This document shows, piece after piece, positions 10,046 through 19,500 of a DNA stretch of 64,000 nucleotides. Position 1 is the stretch's first letter. Each line of letters begins with the position of its first letter. The DNA is taken from positions 25,201 through 89,200 of IMG/VR virus record IMGVR_UViG_3300030106_006724; one strand, given 5' to 3'. Below the pieces are notes generated by a model. It did no database searches. It was not told the DNA's origin and saw only the letters and a program-made list of their open reading frames with translations. Position numbers and translations under genes: made by a program. Source of the DNA: a virus.

Positions 10046-10126
10046 TATATATTGAAAGATCGACTCGAGAGCGATTTATTTTTAATATGTTAAACCGCGA
10101 GCTTAGGCCGCACAAATTTAAATGAT

Positions 10127-10534
10127 ATGAGTACATTATTTTATAGACCATCCCCTTTCGACATTTTAGTTCGAAATTTTTTTCAAGACGCAAGCCAATT
10201 TTCACCGCTTGCTGAAACCAAATTACAACATCCTGTAGATATCTATCAGACTGATAAAAGTCTTAATATTGATATAGCTTGTACAGGGATCTCTAAAGAA
10301 GAGATCGAGATTCAAATTCAAGATAATATCTTAAAAATCAATTACGATAAAGGTAAAGATGATAAATTAGAGTATATACATAAAGGTATAGCTAAAAGAT
10401 CGTTTAACTTAGGTTGGAAGATTGATAGTAAGTTTAATCTTGGAAAAGCAAACGCTAAGTTTGAAAATGGGTTGTTAGCCATTAGTATCCCTTATGCTAA
10501 AGGGTCAGAGTTAAAAACTTTGAAAATTAGCTAA
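10127..10534 (+). CDS. Small heat shock protein Hsp20
   Basis: PVDIY, YIHKGIAKRSF, AKFENGLLAISIP. Confidence 0.92.
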   Translation: MSTLFYRPSPFDILVRNFFQDASQFSPLAETKLQHPVDIYQTDKSLNIDIACTGISKEEIEIQIQDNILKINYDKGKDDKLEYIHKGIAKRSFNLGWKIDSKFNLGKANAKFENGLLAISIPYAKGSELKTLKIS

Positions 10535-10549
10535 ATTTTTTTGTTCTCG

Positions 10550-10580
10550 AGTTGGATCTTTTATAAAAATTTATTATATT
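10550..10580 (+). promoter_or_regulatory. Early/middle promoter AGTTG-N20-TATATT
   Basis: Exact motif upstream of groES. Confidence 0.75.
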
Positions 10581-10598
10581 ATATTAAAAGAAAGTTAT

Positions 10599-10910
10599 AT
10601 GCCAAAGTTATTAAACCCCGCAAATGATAGAGTACTTATCAAGCCTATAGATGAAGGTGAACAGACTTACGGGTCTATAGTTATTCCTGATATGGGTAAA
10701 GAAAAACCTGAAATGGGAGAAGTACTAGCCGTAGGACCTGGTAGATTATCAGAATATGGCAAAATGATACCGATAAGATCTTGTAAAGTAGGAGATATAG
10801 TTTTAGTTCCTAAAATAGGTTCTCTAAGAATAGATTTCGATGGAGAAGAATATTATATTACAAGAGATAGTGAAATATTAGCAGTAGTAAAAGAATCAAA
10901 TAATGAGTAA
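10599..10910 (+). CDS. groES: Co-chaperonin GroES
   Basis: PANDRVLI, GSIVIPD, KEKP, GEVLAVGPG, EILAV. Confidence 0.95.
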   Translation: MPKLLNPANDRVLIKPIDEGEQTYGSIVIPDMGKEKPEMGEVLAVGPGRLSEYGKMIPIRSCKVGDIVLVPKIGSLRIDFDGEEYYITRDSEILAVVKESNNE

Positions 10911-12546
10911 AAAAATTACATTTTCAAAAGACGCTAGGAATAAATTACTAAGCGGAGTTAATCAATTAGCAAATGCTGTAACAGCAACGTTAGGCCCTTC
11001 CGGAAGAAACGTTATTATAGAAAAAGATATGGGTAATCCAGTATCTACTAAAGATGGAGTTACGGTAGCTAAATCGATAGAGTTAAAAGATAAAGTAGAA
11101 AATTTAGGAGCACAAATAGTAAAACAAGCAGCTATTAAAACTGCTGACTATGCTGGTGATGGTACTACTACGTCTACTTTATTAGCTCAAGAAATTTTAA
11201 AAGAAGGTATAACTAGAATGGAAGCTGGTAGTAATGCAGTAGATATCAAAAAAGGTATAGATAACGCTACTGAAAAAGTTACTGATTTCTTATCTAGCAT
11301 ATCTAAAGATATTACAGATGAAGTACAATTAGAACAAATTGCTACTATATCTGCAAATAATGATAAAGAAGTTGGAAAGTTAATATCAACAGCCATGGAC
11401 AAGGTAGGGAGAGATGGAGTAGTTACGATTGAAGAGTCGAAGACAGGAGAGACGTATCTGGAAACAGTAGAAGGAATGCAATTCGACAGAGGTTATAAAT
11501 CTCCATATTTTGTTACGGACAATAATTCTATGACATCAGTACTGAAGGATCCTTTTATTCTTATTGTCGATAAGAGGTTAAATCAGGTCAAAGAGTTACT
11601 TCCTATCTTGGAGGCTGTTTCTCAACAGAATAAATCGTTATTAATTATAGCAGAAGATATAGACGGAGAGGCTTTATCTACTATGGTAGTTAATAAAATG
11701 AGAGGAATATTAGCCTGTGCTGCTGTTAAAGCTCCTGATTTTGGAGATAGAAGAAAGGCTATCATGGAAGATATAGCTGAATTAACCGGAGGTCAAGTAG
11801 TATCATCCGAAAAAGGTATGAGATTAGAAAAGTTTGATACTGGATGGTTAGGTAAGGCTAATAAAGCTACTATATCTAAAGAGTCTACTACTATTATAGA
11901 TGCTCAAGGATCTGAAGAATCTATTAATCAAAGAATAGCTTATCTAAAAGATCTTATTGAAGAATCAAATTCTCCTTTCGAAAAAGAAAATTTACAAAAT
12001 AGATTAGCTAAATTTATAGGAGGAGTTGCTGTAGTTAATGTAGGCGGTCATACTGAGATAGAAATGAAGGAAAAGAAAGATAGAGTTGAAGATGCTTTAC
12101 ATGCTACTAAAGCTGCATTAGAAGAAGGAGTTTTACCTGGAGGAGGAGTAGCATTATTAAATGCTGCAAATAATTTAGTTCAAAGCTTAGATGGAGTAGA
12201 TAATCGTGATGAAAGAACTGGTTACGATATAGTTATTAATGCTATAGAACAACCTTTCTTTAAAATACTAACTAATGCAGGATTATCAGATACTTATATT
12301 ACTAATATTGAAACTAATATTAAACAAACAGGAGACGTATGGGAAGGATTTAATCCTAGAGTAGATAAATCTGTTAATATGTTTAACGAAGGAATTATCG
12401 ATCCTACTAAAGTAACGAGATTAGCATTAGAAAATGCTTCCTCTGTTGCCGGTACTTTACTTATAACTGAAGCAGTAGTATCAAAAGGAAAAGAAAAAGA
12501 AAATAAACCAGTCGGAGGCGTAGATCCAAATATGCTTTTAGGCTAA
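10903..12546 (+). CDS. groEL: Chaperonin GroEL
   Basis: TLGPSGRNV, TKDGVTVAK, AGDGTTT, EGMQFDRGY, KAPDFGDRRK, GIIDPTKV. Confidence 0.97.
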   Translation: MSKKITFSKDARNKLLSGVNQLANAVTATLGPSGRNVIIEKDMGNPVSTKDGVTVAKSIELKDKVENLGAQIVKQAAIKTADYAGDGTTTSTLLAQEILKEGITRMEAGSNAVDIKKGIDNATEKVTDFLSSISKDITDEVQLEQIATISANNDKEVGKLISTAMDKVGRDGVVTIEESKTGETYLETVEGMQFDRGYKSPYFVTDNNSMTSVLKDPFILIVDKRLNQVKELLPILEAVSQQNKSLLIIAEDIDGEALSTMVVNKMRGILACAAVKAPDFGDRRKAIMEDIAELTGGQVVSSEKGMRLEKFDTGWLGKANKATISKESTTIIDAQGSEESINQRIAYLKDLIEESNSPFEKENLQNRLAKFIGGVAVVNVGGHTEIEMKEKKDRVEDALHATKAALEEGVLPGGGVALLNAANNLVQSLDGVDNRDERTGYDIVINAIEQPFFKILTNAGLSDTYITNIETNIKQTGDVWEGFNPRVDKSVNMFNEGIIDPTKVTRLALENASSVAGTLLITEAVVSKGKEKENKPVGGVDPNMLLG

Positions 12547-12564
12547 ACAATTAAATTTTAAATT

Positions 12565-12732
12565 ATGAATAAGCAAGAATTATTTGAACAAATCGTTTCA
12601 CATTTTGAAGAATTTGAAGCACATCATAGTGGTACTACAAAAGTATCACAAAGAAGAGCAAGAGCTGCAATTGGTTCTATTAAGAAGTTAATTACTCCTT
12701 ATAAGAAAGCAAGTGTAGCGGAGTCGAAGTAG
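12565..12732 (+). CDS. Histone H1-like (Hc1-type) small basic protein, 55 aa (not in ORF track)
   Basis: MNKQELFEQI...TKVSQRRARAAIGSIKKLITPYKKASVAESK resembles the Bacteroidota Hc1 pattern K-x4-RAR...YRK-x-S. Confidence 0.65.
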   Translation: MNKQELFEQIVSHFEEFEAHHSGTTKVSQRRARAAIGSIKKLITPYKKASVAESK

Positions 12733-12770
12733 GGGGCGTTTTTCTCTCTTTGCCACGCGCGAATTTGAAG

Positions 12771-12797
12771 AACCTTCCGGAGACGGAGGGTTTTTTT
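12771..12797 (+). terminator. Rho-independent terminator
   Basis: AACCTTCCG-GAGA-CGGAGGGTT followed by a T tract. Confidence 0.88.
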
Positions 12798-12821
12798 GTA
12801 TATTTATAGTAAACGTTTTAT

Positions 12822-13637
12822 ATGAAAGGAGACTACTACTCTCAATTTAAAAGGGTTTTTATGCGTAAACATGCAAATAGTATAGTGAATTATACTACCC
12901 CGGATAACGAAGAGCTATTTAAAGAGAACCTTGCAAAATACCCCGATAATAAAGAGTTATTACATTATCGAGATAACCCTATAAAGTATGCGTTAAATGA
13001 TTATGGTTTTAGAACACCGGATAATTTTGATAATGCTGAAGAAGAGGGTAATGTATTTCTGGGTTGTAGTCATACTTTTGGTATAGGACATTATTTAGAA
13101 AATACTTGGTCTTGGAGACTTAACCAAAAGATTGGAGGTAAGTTTTGGAATCTATCTGCGCCGGGAACAGGAATAGGAACCGCTGCGCGTTTGTTGGGAG
13201 AATTTAAAAATAAATTAAAAATAAAAAATATATTTCTCTACACTCCTTTCTGTTATAGGTATGAGGTTTATGAAGCTAAAAAAGGGGTATGGATAAATAT
13301 ATCTCCTGCTAATGTCTTTCACCATTATATAGAAGTATCAGATGAAGTAAGATTCATCTTAGGACAAGAAGAAAATATGAGATTAAATTGGAGAACTAAT
13401 CTTGCTGCTATAAAATACTATGCTCATGAAGTAGGAGCTAAATTATTTAGTATTGAAAATATAGATTTTTATGTTAATAATAATGATAACTTTCCAGAAA
13501 TAGCTAGAGATATATTACATCCAGGAGTTAGTTATCAAGATTTAGTTTATGATAAATTTTTAGATGCATATAAAAATAATTTACCATTATGGGAAGAACC
13601 TGCTAGCAGTTTTAAACCGTTAAAGACTTTGATATAA
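12822..13637 (+). CDS. SGNH-like protein
   Basis: LNDYGFR, FLGCSHTFG, NLSAPGTG, ARDILHPG; ends KTLI; TATTTAT at 12801. Confidence 0.65.
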   Translation: MKGDYYSQFKRVFMRKHANSIVNYTTPDNEELFKENLAKYPDNKELLHYRDNPIKYALNDYGFRTPDNFDNAEEEGNVFLGCSHTFGIGHYLENTWSWRLNQKIGGKFWNLSAPGTGIGTAARLLGEFKNKLKIKNIFLYTPFCYRYEVYEAKKGVWINISPANVFHHYIEVSDEVRFILGQEENMRLNWRTNLAAIKYYAHEVGAKLFSIENIDFYVNNNDNFPEIARDILHPGVSYQDLVYDKFLDAYKNNLPLWEEPASSFKPLKTLI

Positions 13638-13753
13638 TGAAAAAGATAGTAGCTACAATGAAGGAAATATATGATGCGATGAAACCTAACGTTTATCGTA
13701 ATAGAAAGAAATATACTCGTAAAACAAAACATAAGAATAAAAATGAAAATTAA
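13637..13753 (+). CDS. Small basic peptide, 38 aa (not in ORF track)
   Basis: MKKIVATMKEIYDAMKPNVYRNRKKYTRKTKHKNKNEN; overlaps both neighbours. Confidence 0.6.
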   Translation: MKKIVATMKEIYDAMKPNVYRNRKKYTRKTKHKNKNEN

Positions 13754-14225
13754 TTTATTAGATTATATACATACTATAAAAGACTTTCCTAAAGAAGGGA
13801 TTTACTTTAAAGATATACAACCTCTATTAGCTGATACTGTAGCATTTAAACAAGCTATAACTGAAATGGGTAGATTAGTTGAACAACCTGATTATTGGGT
13901 TGGTATAGAATCTAGAGGTTTTATCTTTGCTTCTGCTTTAGCCGCTACTTTCGGAGGAGGGTTAAGATTGATAAGAAAGGAAGGTAAATTACCTCCTGAT
14001 TTTTTAGTTAAAGAATCTTACGACTTAGAATACGGCAGTGATACTATAGAAATGAAACGAGGTAATGGATCAGTAATATTAGTTGATGATGTAATCGCTA
14101 CCGGAGGCACTATGAATGCATCGGAAAACATCGTATCTAATGCAGGTTATGATTTATTAGATAAATTAGTATTAATAGATATTGGAATAGCTGAGAACAA
14201 CGTTAAATCTTTAATTAAATATTAA
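13743..14225 (+). CDS. apt: Adenine phosphoribosyltransferase
   Basis: DFPKEGIYFKDI, GIESRGF, IRKEGKLP, YDLEYG, VDDVIATGGT. Confidence 0.93.
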   Translation: MKINLLDYIHTIKDFPKEGIYFKDIQPLLADTVAFKQAITEMGRLVEQPDYWVGIESRGFIFASALAATFGGGLRLIRKEGKLPPDFLVKESYDLEYGSDTIEMKRGNGSVILVDDVIATGGTMNASENIVSNAGYDLLDKLVLIDIGIAENNVKSLIKY

Positions 14226-14767
14226 TGGAAAATAAAATACTTTTACTTTCTGCTACTGACTACGAACATGACTGTAAAGACTTATTTGGTATACCGATTC
14301 ATATCACAGGTATAGGTAAAATTAATGCAGCAGTAAATAGTACTAGATTGATACAAAAATACGATCCTGATATAGTTATCAACTTTGGTTCTTGTGGCAA
14401 TTTAAAAGATTATCAAATAGGAGAAGTATTAGAAGTAGGAACGGTAATAAACGATTTAGATACTCTAGGATTTTATAATCAAATGTCTAATATATTAAAT
14501 AAAGATTTAAATATAAAATGTTTAACTACTGATCATATGTACGATAGCTCTCATGATGATTATGTAGAGTCATATATGGAAAAAATAGATGAATGTGATA
14601 TAGTTGATATGGAACTATTTAGTATAGCAGAAAGTTGTAAAATTGCTAAAAAATTCTTATATTCATATAAATGGGTTAGCGACGATGGGAGTAATGACGA
14701 ATGGTTAGAAAACGCTAAAGCCGGTTTTAATAATTTTAAACAAATATTTAAATCTAAACATCTATGA
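14225..14767 (+). CDS. MTA/SAH nucleosidase-like (PNP/UDP family)
   Basis: GIGKINAA, INFGSCG, VDMELFSIA, KWVSDD. Confidence 0.8.
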   Translation: MENKILLLSATDYEHDCKDLFGIPIHITGIGKINAAVNSTRLIQKYDPDIVINFGSCGNLKDYQIGEVLEVGTVINDLDTLGFYNQMSNILNKDLNIKCLTTDHMYDSSHDDYVESYMEKIDECDIVDMELFSIAESCKIAKKFLYSYKWVSDDGSNDEWLENAKAGFNNFKQIFKSKHL

Positions 14768-15003
14768 GTGATTCAGTAAAAAAATGGCACGAAACTATTT
14801 CAGAAGATATACAAGCAGTTTATGAAACAGCAGAAGTAAGAAGAGAAAAAAAGATAAATAAGTTATTAAATGTAGCTAAAGAATCTGGTAAAATGACTGA
14901 GATAATGCTAAGAGTAGTAGAAGTTCAAAAAGAATTCAATACTAGTTCATTTTTGTTAGGTTTAGAAATAGCCTGTGATGAATTATTAAAAGATGGTGCC
15001 TGA
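14764..15003 (+). CDS. Hypothetical protein
   Basis: ORF in operon. Confidence 0.65.
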   Translation: MSDSVKKWHETISEDIQAVYETAEVRREKKINKLLNVAKESGKMTEIMLRVVEVQKEFNTSSFLLGLEIACDELLKDGA

Positions 15004-15517
15004 TAAAAAAGATGTAGTACAATTAGTATTACATAAAGAAAATTATATTCCTATACAAGAGATCGATAACTCATTCTCCTATAAATGGTTTTATAAGTTA
15101 GATCAAGAACACGACTTTCATTCTATTATAAAAAGTATTAACTTAATGCTAGAAGATTGGAATGAAGCACCTACTTTTGATGATATAGTATCTAGATTCG
15201 AAGCAGGAAGTTTTGTAATGCTTCAATATTATAAAAATGAACCTATAGGGTGGTTTTGGGGGAATACGAGACTAACTTACGACTGGAAAAATATAGTAAA
15301 AGAATTACCCTCAGTTAATTCAATGTATGGAGGAGGTTCTTATATTACTAAAGATAGAAACATTCCTAAAAATACTGGTATTCAGCTTTATACTAAATTT
15401 TTTAATGATATATTTGATTTTTATAAATCAGCTTATGGTTATGTAGATTCATGGAATAAAGCTCCTATAAGAATTAATAAAAGATCAGGAGCTATCGAAA
15501 TAAATAATCTTTTATAA
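14993..15517 (+). CDS. Hypothetical protein, possible GNAT-like fold
   Basis: PIGWFW, GIQLY, VDSWNKAP loosely GNAT-like. Confidence 0.5.
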   Translation: MVPDKKDVVQLVLHKENYIPIQEIDNSFSYKWFYKLDQEHDFHSIIKSINLMLEDWNEAPTFDDIVSRFEAGSFVMLQYYKNEPIGWFWGNTRLTYDWKNIVKELPSVNSMYGGGSYITKDRNIPKNTGIQLYTKFFNDIFDFYKSAYGYVDSWNKAPIRINKRSGAIEINNLL

Positions 15518-16092
15518 TGAGAGTATGTATTTATGCTCAATCTAGATCTGGCTCTACAGTATTAAGTTTATATGTATCTAATCAATTAGGTCTTTATAAT
15601 ATTGCAGAACCTTATAATCCAAGAAATTCAGCTAGAGGAAGATACTTTCCTGATGAAGCAGTTTGGTTAGATCCTGGAGTATCGGTTAAGTTTTTATGCG
15701 GAGAGCTTAGAGTTGAACAGCAAGAATCATTAGATAAGTATTTTGATAAAGTAATTATCTTAACTAGAGAAGATGATATAGCTGGTGCTGAAAGTCATAT
15801 GATGGGGCTTATAACTAGAATATGGGAACCATATAAGTATAATTTAAAAGAATTTAACGAAGAAGAAAGAATTAAACTTCAGTATAATATAAAATGGAGA
15901 ACTGAAACTAGAGAGCAATTAACTAATTTACCTTACTTTCAAGTAACTTATGAGGAATTATTTTATAAAAAAGTTGGAATTACGAGATTAAATTCTTATC
16001 TTAATATAGAAAAGGATAACTCGGATATAGGTATGTTTGATTTAAAGCATAAGTATAGACAGGATCCTATAAATAAAAAGTCTCTAATTTGA
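15517..16092 (+). CDS. Sulfotransferase-like protein
   Basis: N-terminal AQSRSGST PAPS-loop, EPYN, ILTRED, VTYEEL; ends KKSLI. Confidence 0.7.
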   Translation: MRVCIYAQSRSGSTVLSLYVSNQLGLYNIAEPYNPRNSARGRYFPDEAVWLDPGVSVKFLCGELRVEQQESLDKYFDKVIILTREDDIAGAESHMMGLITRIWEPYKYNLKEFNEEERIKLQYNIKWRTETREQLTNLPYFQVTYEELFYKKVGITRLNSYLNIEKDNSDIGMFDLKHKYRQDPINKKSLI

Positions 16093-16565
16093 TAACTAAT
16101 AAAATTTATAATCCTCCTTTAAGTAAAGCTTGGATAATTAAGTATTTTAAGAAAGATTATTTAAAAAGGTCATATAATAGATTTCAATGGTGGAGAAGTT
16201 ATACTCCTAAAAGACCTCCTTTGAAAGCTTCTGCTTCTTTTAAAGATAAGATATATAATGGTGATTTCGATCATTCTCCTCTTTTGTTTGAAGCTTATTT
16301 AGCTGAATATAAGTTAAATGAATTATGGAATGAATGTGATCAAGATCATACTAGGTTTGGTCAGCCTGCTTCTATTCATAAGGCTAGAAGAAAAAGACTT
16401 TTAGAAGATTATCAAAAAGATGAGACTAATAGACTAGAGTATATTCGTAAAGGTTTTATGAAAGAATTTAAAATTGATCGTGAAACTTATACTAAAGAAG
16501 TAGAAAAAACTACAAAAAGTTTAAAAGATTTTTACGATTATATGTCTAGAAAATATAAACCATAA
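16089..16565 (+). CDS. Hypothetical protein
   Basis: ORF in operon. Confidence 0.7.
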   Translation: MITNKIYNPPLSKAWIIKYFKKDYLKRSYNRFQWWRSYTPKRPPLKASASFKDKIYNGDFDHSPLLFEAYLAEYKLNELWNECDQDHTRFGQPASIHKARRKRLLEDYQKDETNRLEYIRKGFMKEFKIDRETYTKEVEKTTKSLKDFYDYMSRKYKP

Positions 16566-16594
16566 ATATTTATTAACAATAACAAACATTAATT

Positions 16595-16900
16595 ATGAAT
16601 ACAATTTTTATTATTTTAGGGATTCTTGCAGTAGGAGCAGGTGTCTATTTCTTTTTCTACTCTAAGGGAAAGATTAACGATAGAGACGGAGATTTTATTC
16701 CTGACGAAGTTGAAGATAAAGTCGACGAAGTTAAGGAAAAAGTTGATAATGTCAAAAAAGAAGTTAAACGTAGAGTTAAAAATGTTAAAGCTGAAGTAAA
16801 AGACGTAAAAGAGTCTGCTGTAGATTTAGCAAAAGATGTGAGAGATGTAGGAAGAGCTGCTAGAGGTAAGAGCCGTAGAGGCCGCAAACCTAAAAAATAA
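16595..16900 (+). CDS. Membrane-anchored charged coiled-coil protein
   Basis: N-terminal TM, DRDGDFIPD, basic tail; TATTTAT at 16567. Confidence 0.75.
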   Translation: MNTIFIILGILAVGAGVYFFFYSKGKINDRDGDFIPDEVEDKVDEVKEKVDNVKKEVKRRVKNVKAEVKDVKESAVDLAKDVRDVGRAARGKSRRGRKPKK

Positions 16901-16902
16901 TT

Positions 16903-17124
16903 ATGCAGCAACAGCTAAATGTCGACATCAACCAAACAACAGGAGTTACATGCGATGAATGTGGAGGAATCTACTTTGAAAACGGACTTATTATCCGAGC
17001 AGCAAGTGGACTTCTCACCGGAACAGGTAAAAAGACTTACATCCCAATACCCGTCTTCAATTGTAAGAAGTGCGGACACGTTAATAGCGAGTTCCAACCC
17101 AAAGAACTTGAGTCATTGGTCTAG
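16903..17124 (+). CDS. Zinc-ribbon protein
   Basis: CDECGG ... CKKCGH. Confidence 0.75.
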   Translation: MQQQLNVDINQTTGVTCDECGGIYFENGLIIRAASGLLTGTGKKTYIPIPVFNCKKCGHVNSEFQPKELESLV

Positions 17125-17222
17125 GTACTGCTATTCCGGAATACAGGGACAGATATATGGTGATTCCTCTGATGAGGAATATGATGGAGAGACTAGTTAG
17201 AGGGTAGGAGCTCGACTAGTTA
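17125..17222 (+). other. Run of three hairpins before a terminator (structured 3' UTR or small RNA candidate)
   Basis: Stems at 17128-17146, 17163-17180 and 17191-17221. Confidence 0.4.
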
Positions 17223-17228
17223 GAAATT

Positions 17229-17251
17229 GAGGCCTTCGGGCCTCTTTTTTT
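17229..17251 (+). terminator. Rho-independent terminator
   Basis: GAGGCC-TTCG-GGCCTC followed by T7. Confidence 0.92.
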
Positions 17252-17298
17252 ATATATTTAAATCTATTTATAATAAAGTTTTCTAAAATAAGTTACAT

Positions 17299-17556
17299 AT
17301 GAATTGGATAAAAAAAACATTTATGGACTTTAAAAATTTATTTAAAGACAATAACGACATTAACGAAAAGTCGATTGTCGGTTTTATAGCTTTTATAGTA
17401 ATGATATTATTTGCATTTGCAGACTTACTTACTGGTTACTTTGGAAAAGATTTAGTTATAAACGAATTTATTTATGATTCATTCCTTTGGATAGTACTTG
17501 GTTGTTTCGGTATAGCTGAAGCAGGTAGAGCTATTAACCCTAATAATAAAAAATAA
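17299..17556 (+). CDS. Small two-TM membrane protein
   Basis: Two hydrophobic segments; TATTTAT at 17265. Confidence 0.7.
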   Translation: MNWIKKTFMDFKNLFKDNNDINEKSIVGFIAFIVMILFAFADLLTGYFGKDLVINEFIYDSFLWIVLGCFGIAEAGRAINPNNKK

Positions 17557-17560
17557 AAAA

Positions 17561-18799
17561 ATGAAAAAAACATTATTAATTGCTCTTGCTTTATTGATAG
17601 CAGTACCATCATTAGCTCAAGAGGAAAAGAAAAAGAAAAACTTCTTCAAAGAGCTATATTCTGACTTTTTAAAATATGGAACATTATATGCAGCTGGAGA
17701 TATTAGAAATGCATATGAAAACTCAAGAAAAGACTTTTTTGTAGAAAGACCAGCTGACGGTGACTTATATGCAATACCAAGAGTAATAGAGGTAACTGAA
17801 TATTTCGACTTCGATTATAGATACGGAGTAGGTATTCGTAAATTAGGAAGATTCGGTTATGAAAGAAAACCAGGTAACTTTTGGACTGGTAACCAATATA
17901 GAGAGAGTCAATTAGCATTATCAGCTCCAACATCTGCAGTAGATGGTTTTGAATATTTATTTCATTTTGAAAAAGAAAGATTAAGAGGAGAAGAATTTGA
18001 AAACTTTAGATATTTTTTAAGACATACAGGTAAATACCATATAGCTAAAATAGAATCTAGAGAGCAAGGTGCATATGACTTTTCTTATAAGTCAGCTGAA
18101 TTAAGAGCTAGATTACCTATCGGTAAAAAATTCAGTATATCAGCAGGAGCAATATATAGAACACACGAAAGAGCTTATGGATATAATCCTATCGAAATTT
18201 GGTTAAATGAAACCGAAACTTGGACTAATCCTACTACAGGAGAAGAAATTGAATACCCAGCTAACCCTTGGTACAGCTTAGGATTCCAATATGGATATAG
18301 CGACCACTATACTACTTATACAGATGTTAATACTGGAGAGGTACTTAACGATTGGATTTGGAAAGATGAACAAGGAAACATAGTAGCATATTCAGATTTA
18401 GATTTTAGGAATACAGTATTTAGAGACCTAATTAACAGATATAATAATGAAATCTGGGATACTATAGACCCCTTCGGTGTTGTATCTCCAATCATAGGAG
18501 CAGATTTTTATCATTATAAATCTAATTTCTGGCTTCACGCTTATGCTAACTATTTACCTCCATTCCACAAATATGTCTCAGGAGATGAAGACTTTAGTTA
18601 CTTAAATAGAAATAACTGGGGTAAAGGCGGATTAATACAGGATGCTGAAGGAGAACAATGGGAAGATTATCAAGTAGGACTTAATTTTGGTTGGAAAATA
18701 GGAAAAAATTTAGGAGTATTTATAGAAGGAGAGTATAATAAAATGTGGGATACTAAATTCTATAACTCAACATTTGGTATAAATTATACATTTAGATAA
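17561..18799 (+). CDS. Putative outer-membrane beta-barrel protein
   Basis: Sec signal peptide (SLA-Q), alternating aromatic strands, C-terminal STFGINYTFR beta-signal-like end. Confidence 0.7.
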   Translation: MKKTLLIALALLIAVPSLAQEEKKKKNFFKELYSDFLKYGTLYAAGDIRNAYENSRKDFFVERPADGDLYAIPRVIEVTEYFDFDYRYGVGIRKLGRFGYERKPGNFWTGNQYRESQLALSAPTSAVDGFEYLFHFEKERLRGEEFENFRYFLRHTGKYHIAKIESREQGAYDFSYKSAELRARLPIGKKFSISAGAIYRTHERAYGYNPIEIWLNETETWTNPTTGEEIEYPANPWYSLGFQYGYSDHYTTYTDVNTGEVLNDWIWKDEQGNIVAYSDLDFRNTVFRDLINRYNNEIWDTIDPFGVVSPIIGADFYHYKSNFWLHAYANYLPPFHKYVSGDEDFSYLNRNNWGKGGLIQDAEGEQWEDYQVGLNFGWKIGKNLGVFIEGEYNKMWDTKFYNSTFGINYTFR

Positions 18800-18801
18800 A
18801 A

Positions 18802-19086
18802 ATGGCAAAACAAATAGGTGAAGATACTAAGGTTACTTTAGATCTAAAAACAATAGGTATGTTAGCAGTAGGTATAGCTACCTTAGTTGGTATGTGGTTT
18901 GCCCTGCAAGGAGATATACAAGAAGCAAAAGAACTACCAGCACCAGTGATAGACAGGGTTGAATACGATTTGAAAGATGAATTGATTCGACAAACAATAA
19001 TGGATACTCAAGAAGACGTAGAAGATATAAAGGAACAGTTGGATAAGATTGATGAACGTCTTTATGAGTTACAACAAAAAAGATAA
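18802..19086 (+). CDS. Single-TM coiled-coil protein
   Basis: TM at residues ~17-35, then heptads. Confidence 0.7.
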   Translation: MAKQIGEDTKVTLDLKTIGMLAVGIATLVGMWFALQGDIQEAKELPAPVIDRVEYDLKDELIRQTIMDTQEDVEDIKEQLDKIDERLYELQQKR

Positions 19087-19088
19087 GT

Positions 19089-19490
19089 ATGAAAAAAGTT
19101 ATTTTCATTTTACTACTCTTTCTTCCTTTTATTAATAATGCACAAGAATTTATCGATGATTCTAACTTTGATAATAAAATCAACGAACAATCTGCTTTTG
19201 GAGATGATGAGACTAACATAGTAGTTGTTGAGTTTTGGGCTAAATTTAATGAAGCTAATGCTTTTGCTGATTGGGATAAAGTAGAAGGTGTAAAGTACTA
19301 TAGAGTAGATATAGGAGCAGCACCAGAAGCTAAAAAAGAATATAGAGTAAGAATGGCTCCTACCATAATAATATTCAAAAACGGTATTAACCAAGAATCA
19401 TTTAAAGCAGGTTTAGACTTAGAATGTCCTGTAACTTTAGATGAGTTGATAGAATCTATTGAAGAAGTCAAAACAGCAGATCAATTTTAA
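19089..19490 (+). CDS. Secreted thioredoxin-fold protein lacking CxxC
   Basis: Signal peptide; VVVEFWAKFN, YRVDI, YRVRMAPTIIIFKNG. Confidence 0.75.
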   Translation: MKKVIFILLLFLPFINNAQEFIDDSNFDNKINEQSAFGDDETNIVVVEFWAKFNEANAFADWDKVEGVKYYRVDIGAAPEAKKEYRVRMAPTIIIFKNGINQESFKAGLDLECPVTLDELIESIEEVKTADQF

Positions 19491-19500
19491 TTTTATAATA

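Noticed and set aside
17168-17227. Hammerhead ribozyme (CTGATGAG ... GAAA)
   Set aside because: The core is buried in its own hairpin and I could not build stems I-III with a closing pair before GAAA.
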